Source: the human T2T-CHM13v2.0 reference genome, Homo sapiens. Taken from it: a stretch of 64,000 bases of DNA. The translations under genes were made by a program, and so were the position numbers. The stretch lies in the NCBI RefSeq assembly GCF_009914755.1, contig NC_060927.1; one strand, written 5' to 3'. Below are positions 1 through 14,606 of this stretch, in pieces (position 1 is the first letter of the stretch; each line of letters opens with the position of its first letter). The notes under the pieces were generated by a model. It worked only from the letters and a program-made list of their open reading frames with translations, did not search any database and was not told the origin of the DNA.

Positions 1-641
1 GTATACAATGTAATATTATTGTATACTATAATTTAACAATTTATTGCTTGAATTTTTTTTTGCTTTCATTTCTTTTTTCTGTTAACTATGAACTGCATAT
101 TTCAATGCACAGTTTGATTATTTTCTTAGGATAAATTATTGATCATGAATTCTTGGGTTTAAAGATATGCACACTTTAAATTATTTCAATGTATATTCCT
201 AAGGTGCCTTCCATAAAGGTCATAGCCCAGTGAAATGTCTCAGGCAGAAGTTCGTTGTGCCCTGTGCAATACAGATATTACATTCTTTTTGATATTTTCC
301 AATCCAATAGGTATGATCTTTCTTCTCATTGTATAAATTGGCAAGTCTTTGATAGCTAATGATATAAAACTATAAAAATATGTATTTGCCAAATGATTTT
401 CATCTTTGAGATTTCATCTAATTTTTCTAATCTACTGTCCATTTATTCTGTTTATGTAAACACAGCTATAGATCTTTGTTACTGTTTCTTTCTTTAACAT
501 CAAGCTTAGATTCTGAGAAGCCAAATTATGTACATATTAACCCATATGTTCTTTAGATAGCTTTATGTCTTGAGTTTTTACAATTACATGTTTTTCATCC
601 AAAATGTGTTTTGTTATTAAGTATGATATAAGGATCTAAAC

Positions 642-786
642 CAAACTTGTCCAACTCACAGGCCCTGGGCCACATGGGGTCCAGGATGGCTTTGAATGTG
701 GCCCATCACAAATTTGTAAACTTCCTTAAAATATGATGATTTTTTTTTTTTGCAGTTTCCTTTCTGTTCTTTAGCTTTCTTCTTCT

Positions 787-824
<38 letters not shown>

Positions 825-851
825 CATCAGCCATCATTAGTGTTAGTATAT
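642..851 (-). mobile_element. MER30 hAT-Charlie MITE, left part (split by the 852-2467 insertion)
   Basis: caaacttgtccaac...ggatggctttgaatgtggccc...acaaatttgtaaac...gctcatcagccatcattagtgttagt matches the reverse complement of MER30 as recalled; the internal T tract is expanded (739-821). Confidence 0.85.
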
Positions 852-896
852 GTCTATATCTATCTATCTATCTATATATATCGATTTTTTTTTTTT

Positions 897-1353
897 GGCA
901 GTTAAAGACAGGTTTACTTTCGATAAAACCTGAGAAGGGCTTCTGGCTGATTTCAATCAGGAGCGCTTTCTCTTACAGACAAAGTACATGAGTATACATT
1001 GGTTTTAGGGTGAGGGGGCTTATCACAAGCTTGGAATGTGTATGTGTAGGGGAGAAGTTTATGGTGAGGTTGGAATGTCTCTGGGTGAAGGGGGGATTAT
1101 CTTGGGGCTGACATCTTTCCAGCAGGAAGGGGGTTATCTCGGGGCTGGCATCTTCCCAGCTGGAGGGGGGCAGCTAGCATGTCTCTGGTTGCAGAGGAAT
1201 TTGGAATGTTTCTGGTCGGAGATTTTTTTTTGTTTATGATCATGCTGATCTTAGCCATTTAGGCTGATGCCCTTTGGATTTAGGCAGTTTTTGATTAATG
1301 TGAATTGGAAAATAACAGTGCTTGTGCAAGATGGTGATACTCCTGCTCTGTCA
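897..1353 (-). mobile_element. ERV1 LTR (MER61-like), truncated at its poly(A) site and followed by a poly(A) tail
   Basis: Minus strand starts TGACAGAGCAGGAG...CCATCTTG at 1353 and ends AGTAAACCTGTCTTTAACTGCC, directly followed by A12 (T 885-896); the U5 end is absent. Confidence 0.7.
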
Positions 1354-1358
1354 TATTT

Positions 1359-1406
1359 CAGCCTCTCAAAGCTCAGGGATTATAGGCATGAGCCACTGTG
1401 CCTGGC
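1359..1406 (-). mobile_element. Alu 5' fragment (~48 nt)
   Basis: cagcctctcaaag...gggattataggcatgagccactgtgcctggc is the reverse complement of an Alu 5' end; it is cut off by the LTR. Confidence 0.75.
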
Positions 1407-1409
1407 TCT

Positions 1410-1825
<416 letters not shown>

Positions 1826-2467
1826 TTTTTTCTTTTTTTTTTCATTATTATTATTATTATACTTTAAGTTTTAGGGTACATGTGCACAACGTGCAGGTTT
1901 GTTACATATGTATACATGTGCCATGTTGGTGTGCTGCACCCATTAACTTGTCATTTAGCATTAAGTATATCTCCTAATGCTGTCCCTCCCCACTCCTCCC
2001 ACCCCACAACAGTCCCCGGTGTGTGATGTTCCCCTTCCTGTGTCCATGTGTTCTCATTGTTCAATTCCCGCCTATGAGTGAGAACATGCGGTGTTTGGTT
2101 TTTTTGTCCTTGCGATAGTTTGCTGAGAATGATGGTTTCCAGCTTCATCCATGTCCCTACAAAGGACATGAACTCATCATTTTTTATGGCTGCAAAGTAT
2201 TCCATGGTGTATATGTGCCACATTTTCTTAATCCAGTCTATCATTGTTGGACATTTGGGTTGGTTCCAAGTCTATGCTATTGTGAATAGTGCCGCAATAA
2301 ACATACGTGTGCATGTGTCTTTATAGCAGCATGATTTTATAATCCTCTGGGTATATACCCAGTAATGGGATGACTGGGTCAAATGGTATTTCTAGTTCTA
2401 GATCCCTGAGGAATTGCCACACCGACTTCCACAATGGTTGAACTAGTTTACAGTCCCACCAACAGTG
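1826..2467 (-). mobile_element. 5'-truncated L1PA3-like 3' end (ORF2 C-terminus, 3'UTR, poly(A))
   Basis: ttattatactttaagttttagggtacatgtgcac... is the L1 3' end; ORF 1951-2244 gives MIDWIKKMWHIYTMEYFAAIKNDEFMSF. Confidence 0.95.
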
Positions 2468-2550
2468 TAGTGTTACTATATTTTATGTGTGGCCCAAGAC
2501 AATTCTTCTTCTTCCGGTGTGGCCCAGGGAAGCCAAAAGATTGTACCCTA
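2468..2550 (-). mobile_element. MER30, right part
   Basis: ttttatgtgtggcccaagacaattcttcttc...gtggcccagggaagccaaaagattg continues MER30 where the left part stops. Confidence 0.85.
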
Positions 2551-3278
2551 AAAATGATAGTATTGAAGAGCCTATCTTTCCACACTAATTTGATATGTGT
2601 ACTTTTTCATGTACAAAATTTTTACACATAGTTGAATCTTCTGGACTTTCTATTCATTGCCATTGCTCTGCTTATTGGGTGAAAATGCTACATTGTTTTA
2701 ATTTATTGTATATTTCTAATACTTTTCTAATATCAGGTAGTACAAGCCCTGTGCATTAATTACTCTTCTTTTTTCAGATATTTTCTTACTATTCTGTCTA
2801 CTGTGTTTCTTCTAAGTGTATTGTAAAATATTCATCAAGTTAAAAATAATAATACAATTGTTATAAATTAGTAAGGAAATGTTAAATAACCTCACACTCT
2901 TGATTTTCAGAATCAGGACTCTAGTCTATTTCTCAAATTTTTTAAAAATCATTTTTATTATATACTTTTTATTTTGAAATAATCTTAAATGCCTAGAAAA
3001 GTTATTTATTTGGATGTAGTCTTAAAATTAGAATTTGCAAGAGTACAAGTGTCTATTTTTAAAGCCATTTAAAAGTAAGTTGCCCATCTTTCCTTCAAAT
3101 ACGTTAGTGTACATTTTTTACAAATAAGGATATTCTCCTTCCTAATTACAATTGCCATCAAAATTAGGAATTAACATTGGTATGTTATCCCATCTAATCC
3201 TTAGACCCTTTTCAGTTTTTCTCAGGTATTCCAACAAAGTCCATTATAGAAAAAGGATCAATTTTATAATAATAATTA

Positions 3279-3587
<309 letters not shown>

Positions 3588-3842
3588 CAGTTTAGAATTA
3601 TGTTTTGTTTTTAGTTGCTATGTCTCGTTAGGCTTCTTCAGTCTGATATAGTGTCTTAGTCATTCTTTGATTTTATACCTCAACACTTTTTAATTGATAC
3701 ATAACGATTTTACATATTAATAGGATACCCATAATATTTTGATACATATATACAATGTTTAATGATCAAATCAGAATAATTTGGTTATCCATCAAATGCA
3801 GACATTTATTATCTCAAACAAATAAACTCAAACACTTATCAT

Positions 3843-3937
3843 GATATATATATGTGTGTATATATATGTGATATATATGTGTGTATGTGTACTATATATA
3901 GTACACTATATATACACACACACACACACATACACAC
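3843..3937. repeat. (TA)/(TG)/(CA) compound microsatellite
   Basis: Directly visible dinucleotide runs. Confidence 0.9.
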
Positions 3938-4663
3938 AATGGAATACTATTCAGCTATAAAAAGAAGGAATTCTTGTCATATGCAGCAACATGAATGAAC
4001 TTGGAAGACATTATGCTAATTGAAATAAGCCAGGCACAGAAAGACAAATATCACATGTACTTACTCATACGTGAGAGCTAAAAAGTTTATCTCAAGGAGG
4101 TAGAGAGTAGAATGGCGGTTACCGGAGGCTGTGAAAATAAAAATACTATATGATCTAGCAATCCTGACTCCATACCTTAGCTGCTATGAATAGCACTACA
4201 ATAAACATAGAAATATAAATATCACTTCGATTTGATTTCCTTTTGGATATACCCAGCAGTAAGATTGCCAGGTCATATGGTATTTTTATTTTTGTTTTTT
4301 TGAGGAACTATTATACTGTTTTTCTATAATGGCTGTACTAATTTACATTCCCATAATCAGTTTACAAACCTTCCTCTTTCTCCTTGCCAGCATCTGTTAT
4401 TTTTTTGTCTTTTTGATCATAGCCATTTTAACTGGGATGAAATTATATCTCATTGCAGTTTTGATTTGTATTTCTCTGATGATTAGTAATGTTGAACACT
4501 TTTTATATACTTGTTTGACATTTGTATGTCTTCTTTTTAGAAATATCTATCTAGACCATTTGTCTGTTTTTACATCAGATTTAATTTTTGCTGTTGAGTT
4601 GAGGTTGTTATAGATGCAAGTTATTGATTCCTTGTCAGATGGATAAACTGCAAGTATTTTTTC

Positions 4664-7059
4664 TGTATTAGTCCATTCTCACACTGCTATAAAGATACTA
4701 TCTGAGACTACGTAATTTATAAAGGAATTCTTTCCTGACTTTATTGTCAGTCCTTTAACTGACTCACAATTCTGCATGGCTGGGGAGGCCTCAGGAAACT
4801 TACAATCATGGTAGAGGGCGAAGGAGAAGCAAGGAGCTTCTCCACAAGGCAGCAGGAGAGAGAGAGAGAGATTGAGGAAGTGCCACACTTTAAACCATCA
4901 GATCTCACGAGAACTCTCTCACTATCACAAGAACAGCATGTGGGAAACTGCCCCTGTGATCTAATCACCTCCCAGCAGGCCCTTCCCTCAATACATTGGG
5001 ATTACAATTTGAGATTAGATTTAGGTGGAGACACAGAGCCAAACCATATCATTCTGCCCTTGGCTCCTCCCAAATCCCATGTCCTTTTCACATTTCAAAA
5101 TCAATAATGCCTTCCTAACAGTCCCCCAAAGACTTAACTCATTCCGGCATTAACTCAAAAGTCCAAGTCCAAAGCCTTATCTGAGACAAGGCAAGTCCCT
5201 CCTGCCTATGAGCCTGTCAAATCAAAAGCAAGTTAGTTACCTCCAAGATACAATGGAGGTGTGGGCTTTGGATAAATGTTCCCATTCCAAATTGGGAAAA
5301 ATTGACCAAAAAAAAAGGGGACATAGGCCCCTTGAAAGTCCAAAATCCAGCAGGGTAACCATTAAATCTTGAAGCTCCAAAATCTCTTTTGGCTCCATGT
5401 CTCACATCCAGGGCACACTAATGCAAGCAGTGGGCTCCCACAGCCTTGGTCAGCCCTGTTCCTGTGACTGCAGGGTACAACCCCTGTGGCTGCTTTCACA
5501 AGCTGGTGTTGAGTGACTGCAGCTTTTCCAGGTGGATAATGCAAGCTGTTGGCAGATCTCCCTTTCTGGGGTCTAGAGGGTGGTGGCCCTCTTCTCACAG
5601 CTCCACTAGGCAGTGCCCCAGTGGAGACTGTGTTGGGACTCCAGCCCCACATTTCCCTTCCGCACTTCCGTAGCAGAGGTTCTCCACGAGGACTCCACTG
5701 CAGCAGACTTCTCCCTGGACATCGAGGCATTTTTATACATCCTCTGAAATCTAGGCAGAGGCTCCTGAAGCTCAGCTCTTGTCTTGTGTGCACCCACAAG
5801 CTGAACACCATGTGGAAGCTGAACACCATGTGGAAGCCACCAAGCTTGGGGCTCACATCCTCTGAAGCAATTGCCTCAGCTGTAACCTTGGCCCCTTTTA
5901 GCCACAGCTGGAGCTGGAGCAGCTGGAATGCAGGGCACTAAGTTCTGAAGCTGCACGGATCCACTGGGCCCTGGGCCCGGCCTGTGAAGCCATTTTTCCC
6001 TCCTAGGCCTCTGGGTCTGTCATGGGAGGGGCTGCTCTGAAGGTCTCTGACATGCCCTGGGGACATTTTCCCCATTGTCTTTGCTAATAACATTCAGCTC
6101 CTCCTTACTTGAGCAAATTTCTGCAGTCAGCTTGGCTCAAATTCCTTCCCAGGAAATGGGTTTTTCTTTTCTACCACATGGTCAGGCTGCAAATTTTCCA
6201 AACCTTTATACTCTGCTTCCCTTTTAAACTAAGTTCTAATTTCAAACCATCTCTTTGTGATCATATATAACTGAAAGCTTTCAGAATAATTCACGTTCTC
6301 TCTTGAACACTGCTGCTTAGAAATTTCTTCCAGCAGATACCCTAAATCATCTCTTTCAAGTTTAAAGTTCCACAGATGTCTAGGGCAGGGGCAAAATACC
6401 GCCAGTCTCTTTGCTAAAGCATAGCATGAGTGACCTTTACTCCAGTTCCCAAAAAGTTCCTTATCTCCTTCTGAGACCACCTCAGCCTAGACTTCATTTT
6501 TCATATCGCTATCAGCATTTTAGTCAAAACTATTCAACAAGTCTCTAGGAAGTTCCAGACTTTCCCATATCCTCCTGCCTTCTGCTGAGCCCTACAAACG
6601 GTTCCAACCTCTGCCTGTTACCCAGTTCCAAAATCACTTCCACATTTCAGGTTATCTTTGTGGCAGTACTCCACTTTGCCAATACCAATTCTCTGTATTA
6701 GTCCATTCTCACACTTCTATAAAGATACTACCTGAGACTGGGTAACTTATAAAAGAAAGAGGCTTAATTGACTCACAGTTCCATACAGCTGGGGGGCCTC
6801 AGGAAACTTACAATTGTGGTGGAAGGTGAAGGAGAAGCAAGTACCTTCTTCAGAAGGTGGCAGGAGAGAGAGAGAGAAGAGCGAGGAAGTGCCACACTTA
6901 AAACCATCAGATCTTGTGAGAACTCCTTTACTATCATGAGAACAGCAAGGGGAAACTGTTCCCATGATCTAATCGCCTACCAGCAGGTCCCTCCTTCAGC
7001 ATGTGGGGATTACAATTCACGATGAGATTTGGGTGGAGACACAGAGCCAAACCACATCA
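4664..7059 (-). mobile_element. Complete MaLR provirus, THE1D-like (LTR 4664-5051, internal 5052-6693, LTR 6694-7059)
   Basis: Two direct LTRs tgtattagtccattctcac...gacacagagccaaacca(t/c)atca flank a ~1.64-kb THE1-int-like region; the L1 sequence resumes after 7059. Confidence 0.9.
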
Positions 7060-10000
7060 GTTTACCATTCTGTAGATGACCTCTTCACTCTATTGGTTTT
7101 TTTCTTTGCTATGCAGAGGCTTTTTTTTTTATAAAATCTTTATAGAATCTCATTTGTCACCTGTGTTACCCAAAAAAATCATTGTCCAGATTAATGTCCT
7201 AAAATGTTTTCCCAGTGTTTTTTCTAATAGATTCATAGTTTCAGGTCTTACATTTAAGTCTTTAATTCATTTTGAGTGATTTCTGTATATGGTGAGAGAC
7301 AAGGTTCTATTTCCATTCTTCTGCATATGGATATCCAGTTTTACCAGGATTATCTATTGAAGAGACTGTCCGTTTATGTTCTTGGTGTCTTGGTTGAAAA
7401 TGAGTTGGCTGTAAATGCATAGACTTATTTCTGAGTTCTCTGTGCTATTCCATTAGTTTTTGTGTTTTTATGCCAATATCATGCTGTTTTAGTTACTATA
7501 GCCTTGTAGTATACTTTGAAGTCAGGTATTATAATGCCTCTAGCTTTGTTCTTTTTGCTCAGGACTACTTTGACTATTTGGGGTTCTTTGTAGTTCCATG
7601 CAAATTTTAAGAAATTTTTTTCTAAATCTGTGAAAAATATCATTGTTATTTTGATAGGAATTGCATTGACATTGTAGATCACTTTGGGTAGTATGGACAT
7701 TTTAACAATATTATTTTTCTCCAGGAACATGATATGTCTTTTAATTTTTTGTGTGTCATTTTTAATTTCATTCTTCAGTATTTTATAGTTTTTATGGCAG
7801 AGCTGTCTCACCTCTTTGGTGAAATTTATTCCTAGGTATTTTATTTTTTTGTAACTATTATAAATGGAATTACCTTCTTGATTTCTTACAGATTGTTCAC
7901 TGTTGGAATATAGAAATACTACTGTTTGTTTGTGTCATGATTTAGTATTATATTTTGCAACTTCATTGAATTAGTTTGTTAGTTCTAACAGGTTTTTGGT
8001 GGACTCTAGGTTTTTCTAAGTATAAGATTATGTCATCTGCAAACAAGGACAATTTGACTTCTTCCTTTTTCATTTGCATGCCTTTTTTTTCCTTTCTGTT
8101 ACCTAATTGCTCTAGCTAAGACTTCTGCTATGATGTTGAATAAAAGTGATGAAACTAGGTATCTTTTTCGTTTTCCAAATTTGACAATAAAGTTTTTCAA
8201 ATTTTCCCCATTCAGCATGATGTTAGCTATGGGTTTGTCATATACAGCCTTTAATGTTTTGGGGTATGTTTTTTTCTATATTTGTTGAGAGTTTTTATTA
8301 TGAACAGATGCTACATTTTATCAAATGCTTTTTCTGCATTCATTGAAATAATAGGTTTTTGTCCTTCAGTCTGTTCATGTGCTATAGCACATTTATTTAT
8401 TTATTTATTTATTGAACCATTCTTGCATCCCTGGGATAAATCTTGCTTGATCATGATGAATAATCTTTTTGATATGCTGTTGGATTCAGTTTGCTAAAAT
8501 TTTGTTGAGGATTTCTGCATCTGTGTTCATCAGGGATATTGGCTTCCAATTTGCCTTTTTGTTGTGCCCTTGTCTGGTTTTGGTTTCAGGGTAATGTTGA
8601 ACTCATAGAATGAGTTTGAAAGAGTTCTTTCCTCTTCAAATTTTTTGGATTAGTTTGAGGAAAATCAGTATTATATTTTCTTTAAAAGTTTGGTAAAACT
8701 TAGCAATGAAATTATCTGGTTACGGACTTTCTTTGTGGAGATTTTTAAAATTACTGATTCAACCTCATTACTTAATGGGCTGTCCAGTTTTTCTATTTCC
8801 TCATGATTCAATCTTGTAAGATTGTATGCTTCTAAGAATTTATTCATGTCTTCTAAATTTTCTAATTTGTTGGTGTATGGTTCTTCACAATAATCTCCAA
8901 TAATCCTTTATATTTCTGTGGTATCAGTTGTAATGTTTCATTTTTCATCTCTGATATTACTTGGGTCTTTGTTTTTCTTAATTAGTCACACTAAGGTTTA
9001 TCCATTTTGTTTATCTTCTCAAACAGCTTTCTATTTTGTTGATTATTTTTCTATTTTCTTTTTCATCTCAATTTCATTTACTTTTGCTCTGATTGTTAGT
9101 ATTTTTCCTTCTATGAATTTTCAGTTTGGATTGTTCATGCTTTTCTATTTCCTTTAGATGCATAGTTAGGTTGAGTTTTAGAAGTCTTTTTTCTTTTTCA
9201 ATGTAAGCATTTATTGCTGTAAACTTTTTTCTTAGTACTACTTTTGCTATACTGCATAGGTTTTGGTATGTAGTGTTTCCATTTTCATTTGTTTCAAGGA
9301 ATTTCAAAATTTTCTTTGCAATGTGTTCATTGACCCATTGGTTTTTCAAGGCCATGTTGTTTAATTTTCATGTATCTGTGCAATTTCCAAGGTCTCCTTT
9401 TGTTATTAATTTCTAGTTTTATTCCATTGTGGTCAGAAAAGATACTTGATATGATTTCTACTCTTTTGAATTTGTTCAGACTTGCTTTGTGGCCTAAGAT
9501 ATGGTCTATCCTGGAGAAGTTCAATAGGCTGATGAAAATAATATGTATTCTTCAGTAGTTTGTTGAAATATTCTGTAAATATCAGTTAAGTCTTTTTGGT
9601 CTGGAAACTCTATTTTTTTTTTTTTTTGGTTGAGTTTCTGTCTGGAGGACTTGTTCATTGCTTAAAGAGGGGCACTAATGTCTCCTATTATTACTGTGTT
9701 ACAGTCTGTCTCTTTCTTTATATTTATTAATATTTGCTTTATATATTTTTGTGATCCAGTGTTGGAGTACATATGTATTTATAATTGCTATATGCTCCTG
9801 TTATATTGACCCACTTATTATTATATAATGACCTTCTTTGTCTCTTGATAGTTTTGGACTTGAAGTCTATTTTATCTGATATAAGTTTAGCTACTGCTTT
9901 TTTATGGTTTCCATTTGTATGGAATCTTTTTTTTCTCCTTCACTTTTAGTCTATGTTTATCTTTATAGGTGAAGTGAGTTTCCTGTAGGCAGCATATGAT

Positions 10001-12346
10001 TGGGTCTTGTTCTTTCAGTTGCATAATTTAGTTTATTACATTCAGTGTTATTATTGATAGGTGAGGACTTACTACTACCATTTTGTTTCTGATTTTCTGG
10101 TTGTATTGTAAGTTCTCCCTTTTTTTCTTTTCTACTGTCTTTTTTTGGCTAAGTGTTTTTTTCTGGTAGTATGTTTTATTTAATTTCTTACTTTTTATTT
10201 TTAACATATCTGTATTTTTGATTTATGATTACCATAAGGCTTACAAAATATTTTATGGATATAACAACTTAAACTGATGGCAACTTAACTTTGACTCAAA
10301 TAAAAGAAAAAAATGATTCAATTTCCCCACATTTTGACCTTTTTTGTCTCAATTTTTATCTTTATATATTCCTATCTCTTAAGAAATTATGTAATTATTT
10401 TTGATAAATTTGTCTTTTAGTCCTCATACTAAAGGTATAAGTGGTTGATACATCACAAGTTTAGAGTATTCTGCATTTGTATTTGTTCTTGCCTTTTCCA
10501 TTGTTTTATACTTTCAGATGTTTTCATTTTGCACATTAACATTCTTTTTTTTTCATATTGAATAACTCCCTTTAGCATTTCTTATAAGCTCAGTCTGGTG
10601 GTGATGAATTTCCTTAGCTTTTGTGTGTCTGGAAATGTCTTTAATTAGAGCTCCTTTATATGTTGTTTCTTTTGTTTTGCTGCTTTTACAATCCTCTTTT
10701 TGTGTTTGGCCTTTGAAAATTTGATTATTATATGCTTTGGAGTAGTCTTATTTGGGTTGAATCAGGTTAGTGATCTTTGACCTTTTAGTATCTGGATAAT
10801 CTTTCTCTAAGTTTGCAATATTTTCTCTTACTATTTTTTAAATAAGTTTTCTACACCTTGCTATTTCTCAACTCCCTCCTGGCGGTCGACGGCTATTAGA
10901 TTTGCTCTGTTGAGGCTATCCTCTAGATCTTATAGACATTCTTTTTTCTTTTTCATTCTTTTTTTCTGTCCTCTGACTGTGTATTTTCAAACAGCCTGTC
11001 TTCATACTCTCTGATTCTTTTGTTTAATCAGTTTTGCTGGCAATAACCTCTAATGTATTTTTCTATCTAGCCGTTGTATTTCTCAGCTCCAGGATTTCTG
11101 TTTATCTTTTATTATTTTATTCTTTTTGTTAAATTTATCTGAATAAATTTCTGCACCGATTTACTGTGTTATCTTGGAGTTCACTGAGTTTCCTCAAAAC
11201 TACTGTTTTGAATAGTTGATCTGAGAGGTAAAAAATCACCATATTCTTAGGGTCAGACATTGGCTTCTTTTTTGTCTTTTCGTGGAGGTCATGGCTACCT
11301 GTTTGCTTTTGTTTCTTATGGATGTATGTCTATGTCTTTGCTTTCAAGGTTTAGTTATTTATTTCAGTCTTTGCTGTCTGCCTTGGTTTGGTCTTTCTAG
11401 AGTATGTATGACTAGAAGTCCTGTGCCAGTTGATTTTTGAGTACCCTCAGCCCAAGAACACTGCCTCCTTTTCTGCACTAGATGACACCCTTGCTCAGAT
11501 TTGCCACAGTTCCTGCAAATAACTTGAGAGTGCTGCCCATCCCAGATTGGGGCTGGGGGAATCCTAAAGTGTATATCCCCGCTGTGTGGGAAAGGTGGCT
11601 AAGGGTTATGCCCACAGGGCCCCTGAAGTACCTCCCCTAAAGCATGTTGCTGCTGAACAGATTCAGTGATTTGGCATCTCCTTTGACAGAGATGAAGAAT
11701 AGCTGCTGAGTTTTGTGCCCTGGCTGGTACTAGCCACACCTCTGCTTTATGCCTCTAGTTTCTCTTAGAAGCCTTCACCCTACGGGCATTTATGATGCTT
11801 CCTGTGGATTCAAGCAGAAATGTTTTTCCTGTGAAGAAACCTAACTGGTGACGAAACTGTCTGTCTTCCTTGATCTCACTTTTTCCAGGGTAAAAACTGA
11901 ATCTGCTAGAACCTTTCTGCATAGTGCCTGGCAGCTTAGGGGAGGGTGTTGTGGCCAGAAGCTTTTGTTTCTCTTACCTCTTGCTTGCGGTTTTTCATTT
12001 CGCTGTGATAACTGGAGTCATCACATCCTCAGTTTTTAGTTCTGGGATGTCCCTGGTGATAATCTTGGCCCTAGATAATTGATTTTGGTTTTCTATGAGG
12101 GAGAGTAAAGCCAGATTGCTCTTACTCCATTTTGATAATATCACTCTCTTGACACTTTTAAGGATTATAGACCTGTCGTTTTATAGTCTCTAAGTTTGGA
12201 ATTGTCTGATATTTCTTCATGATTACTTTTATAAGATGTATCTTTTGGAAAAATGTCACAGAAGTGAAGCTGTTATCTTACTGCGTCCTATCAGGTGGCT
12301 CTTGATTAAGGTGGTATCTGCCAGCCTTCTCCCCTGTAAAGCTGTC

Positions 12347-12746
12347 TGATATCATTTGGATATTTGTCTGCTCTAAATCTCTTGTTAAAACTTTATCCCC
12401 AATATAGGAGGTGTGACCTAGTGGAAAGTGTTTGCGTTATGAGGGATATGCCCTCATGGCTTAGTGGCATTCTCATGAGATTAAATGAGTTCTCACTCTT
12501 AGTTCCTTTGCCATCTAGTTGTTAAAAACAGTCTGGCATCTCTTCTTCTCTGCTTCCCACCGTGTGATCTTTACATACCAGCTCCTCTTTGCTTTCTATC
12601 ATGAGCAGAAACTTCCTGGCAGCACCAGAAGCAGATGCTGATACCATGCTTCTTGTACAGCCTGGAGAACTGTGAGCCAAATATATTTTCTTTATAAAGT
12701 ACCCAGCCTCAGATATTTCTTACAGCAATACAAACAGATGAAGACA
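12347..12746 (+). mobile_element. MaLR solo LTR (MSTB-like)
   Basis: tgatatcatttggatatttgtc...ccagaagcagatgctg...tttctttataaagtacccagcctcag...aagaca. Confidence 0.8.
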
Positions 12747-13324
12747 GTATTATTTTCCCCTTTGTAATATATCATACCTAGCTAACTTTTAATTAATTAA
12801 TTGACTAATTTATATCAGTATATACTCATTCTATTTTCATTAAATGGGTCACAGTTTATTACTATCATTTTATTCTTTCATGCTAAAACTTTCCCTATTT
12901 CACTAGTAGAAGCATTTTAGGGCGGAACACATGAACTTTTAGCATAACCCTATCATACTGAAAGCACTTTCTTGACTTCTGGCCCAGTAAGATGTTCCTG
13001 GCTCATCTTGTGCTTTTCCTTCCCTAGCTGTTGAACCAGCCATTTCTCCGAGGATAATTGTGTTTCCTTTTTTTGGTTTTTAATCTACATTTTAGTTTGT
13101 TTCTTTAGGAATAAGAGTAGTTTGGGGCAAATATGGAGCAAACAATTTCTTTTTATTCCTTATCAAATCTAGCACACATATATAATATACAAAATCTTTC
13201 TTGTACATATATAACTTTTTATTTGTATGAAATATTGACAAACCTGATGAAATCAGTATCTGTGAGCATTTTTTCAAATTCAGTAATCAATTTTTTGCAT
13301 GATTTTTGGATATATATATAATAT

Positions 13325-14606
13325 GTACTTTAATTTTTAGAGCAATTTTACATTTGTAGTAAAATTGATTGGAAGATGCAGAGATTTCCCATATATGCCC
13401 TGCCCTCATTCTTGCATATCCTCTTCTATTATCAGCATCCTACACCAGAGTGGTACATTGTTATGAAGAGTGAATCCACATTGACACATCATTATCATCC
13501 AAAATCCAAATTTTCATTAGGAATGAATGTTGGTGTAGTACAGTCAGTGGATTCCATAAATGTATCATGATATATGCCCATCATCATAGTATCATGCAGA
13601 ATAGTTTCACTGCTCTAAAAATCCTCTAGGGCTCTATGGTCTGCCTATTTATATCTTCCTCCCCACCAGCCCCTGGAAACCACCAAACTTCTTACTATTT
13701 CCATAGTTTTGGCTTTTTAAAAATGTCGTATATCTGAAATCATATGGTGGGTAACAATTTCATATTGAATTCTTTCACTTAGTAATATGCATGTAAGGTT
13801 CCTCCATGTCTTTTCATGGCTTGATAGCTCATTTCTTTTTAGTGCTAAATAATATTCCTTTGTCAATATGCATAACAGTTTATCCATTAGCCTACTGAAG
13901 AACATCTTAGATTCTTCTAAATTTTGGAAATGATAGATAAAACTGCTATAAACACCTGTATGCAGGTTTCTATATGGACGTAAGTTTTCAACTTCTTTGT
14001 GGAAATACCAGGGGGTGTGATGGCTGGATCATCGGGTACGAGTATAAGTACTTCTGTAAGAAATTACAAAACTGACTTGCAAAGATGCTATACCATTTGT
14101 ATTTTCACTAGCAGTGAATGAGAGTTCCTTTTGTTCCACCTCCTTGCCAGCATTTAGTGTTGTCAGCATTCTGGATTTTGCCCTTTCTAATAGCCGTGTA
14201 GAAGTACCTCGTTAGTGTTTTAAGTTGCATTTCTCTAATGACATAGGATGTGGAGCATCTTTTTCTGTGCTTATTTACATCTGTATAACTTCTTTGGTGA
14301 GGTGTTTACTAAGGACTTTGGCCAATTTTTTAATCAGGTTATTCATTTTTTTATTGTTGAGTTTTAAGAGTTCCTTGTATATTTTGGATGAATCTTTTAT
14401 CAGATATGTCTTTAATAATCATTTTCATCTAGTCTGTGGCTTGTCTTCTCATTCTCTAGTAGTGTCTTTTGCATTTTTTTTATTGTAATCAATTACAGCT
14501 TATCAACTATTTCTTTTGTGGATTGTGCCTTTGTTGTTGTGTATAAAAGTTAATGCCAAACCCAAAGTCCTCTAGGTTTATTTCCTGTTATCTTTTAGAA
14601 GTCTCA
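13325..14606 (-). mobile_element. L1MC1-like 5'-truncated LINE 3' end
   Basis: ttttagagcaattttaca...gagatttcccatata...ggttcctccatgtcttttcatggcttgatagctcatttc. Confidence 0.75.

Larger units (their letters stand above)
3691..12147 (-). mobile_element. Near full-length degenerate L1MA-type LINE (3'UTR, ORF2, ORF1, 5'UTR)
   Basis: 3' end taattgatacataa...aatgatcaaatcag; ORF2 remnants 7479-7811, 9074-9355 and 9327-9524 (SRIDHILGHKASLNKFK); the 5' end reads GAGTGATATTATCAAAATGGAGTA on the minus strand; TSD ctcaacactttt (3679-3690) / cttgacactttt (12148-12159). Confidence 0.8.

Noticed and set aside
5217-6480. Overlapping ORFs of 60-164 aa
   Set aside because: They lie in the THE1/MaLR internal region and are degenerate remnants with no intact reading frame.
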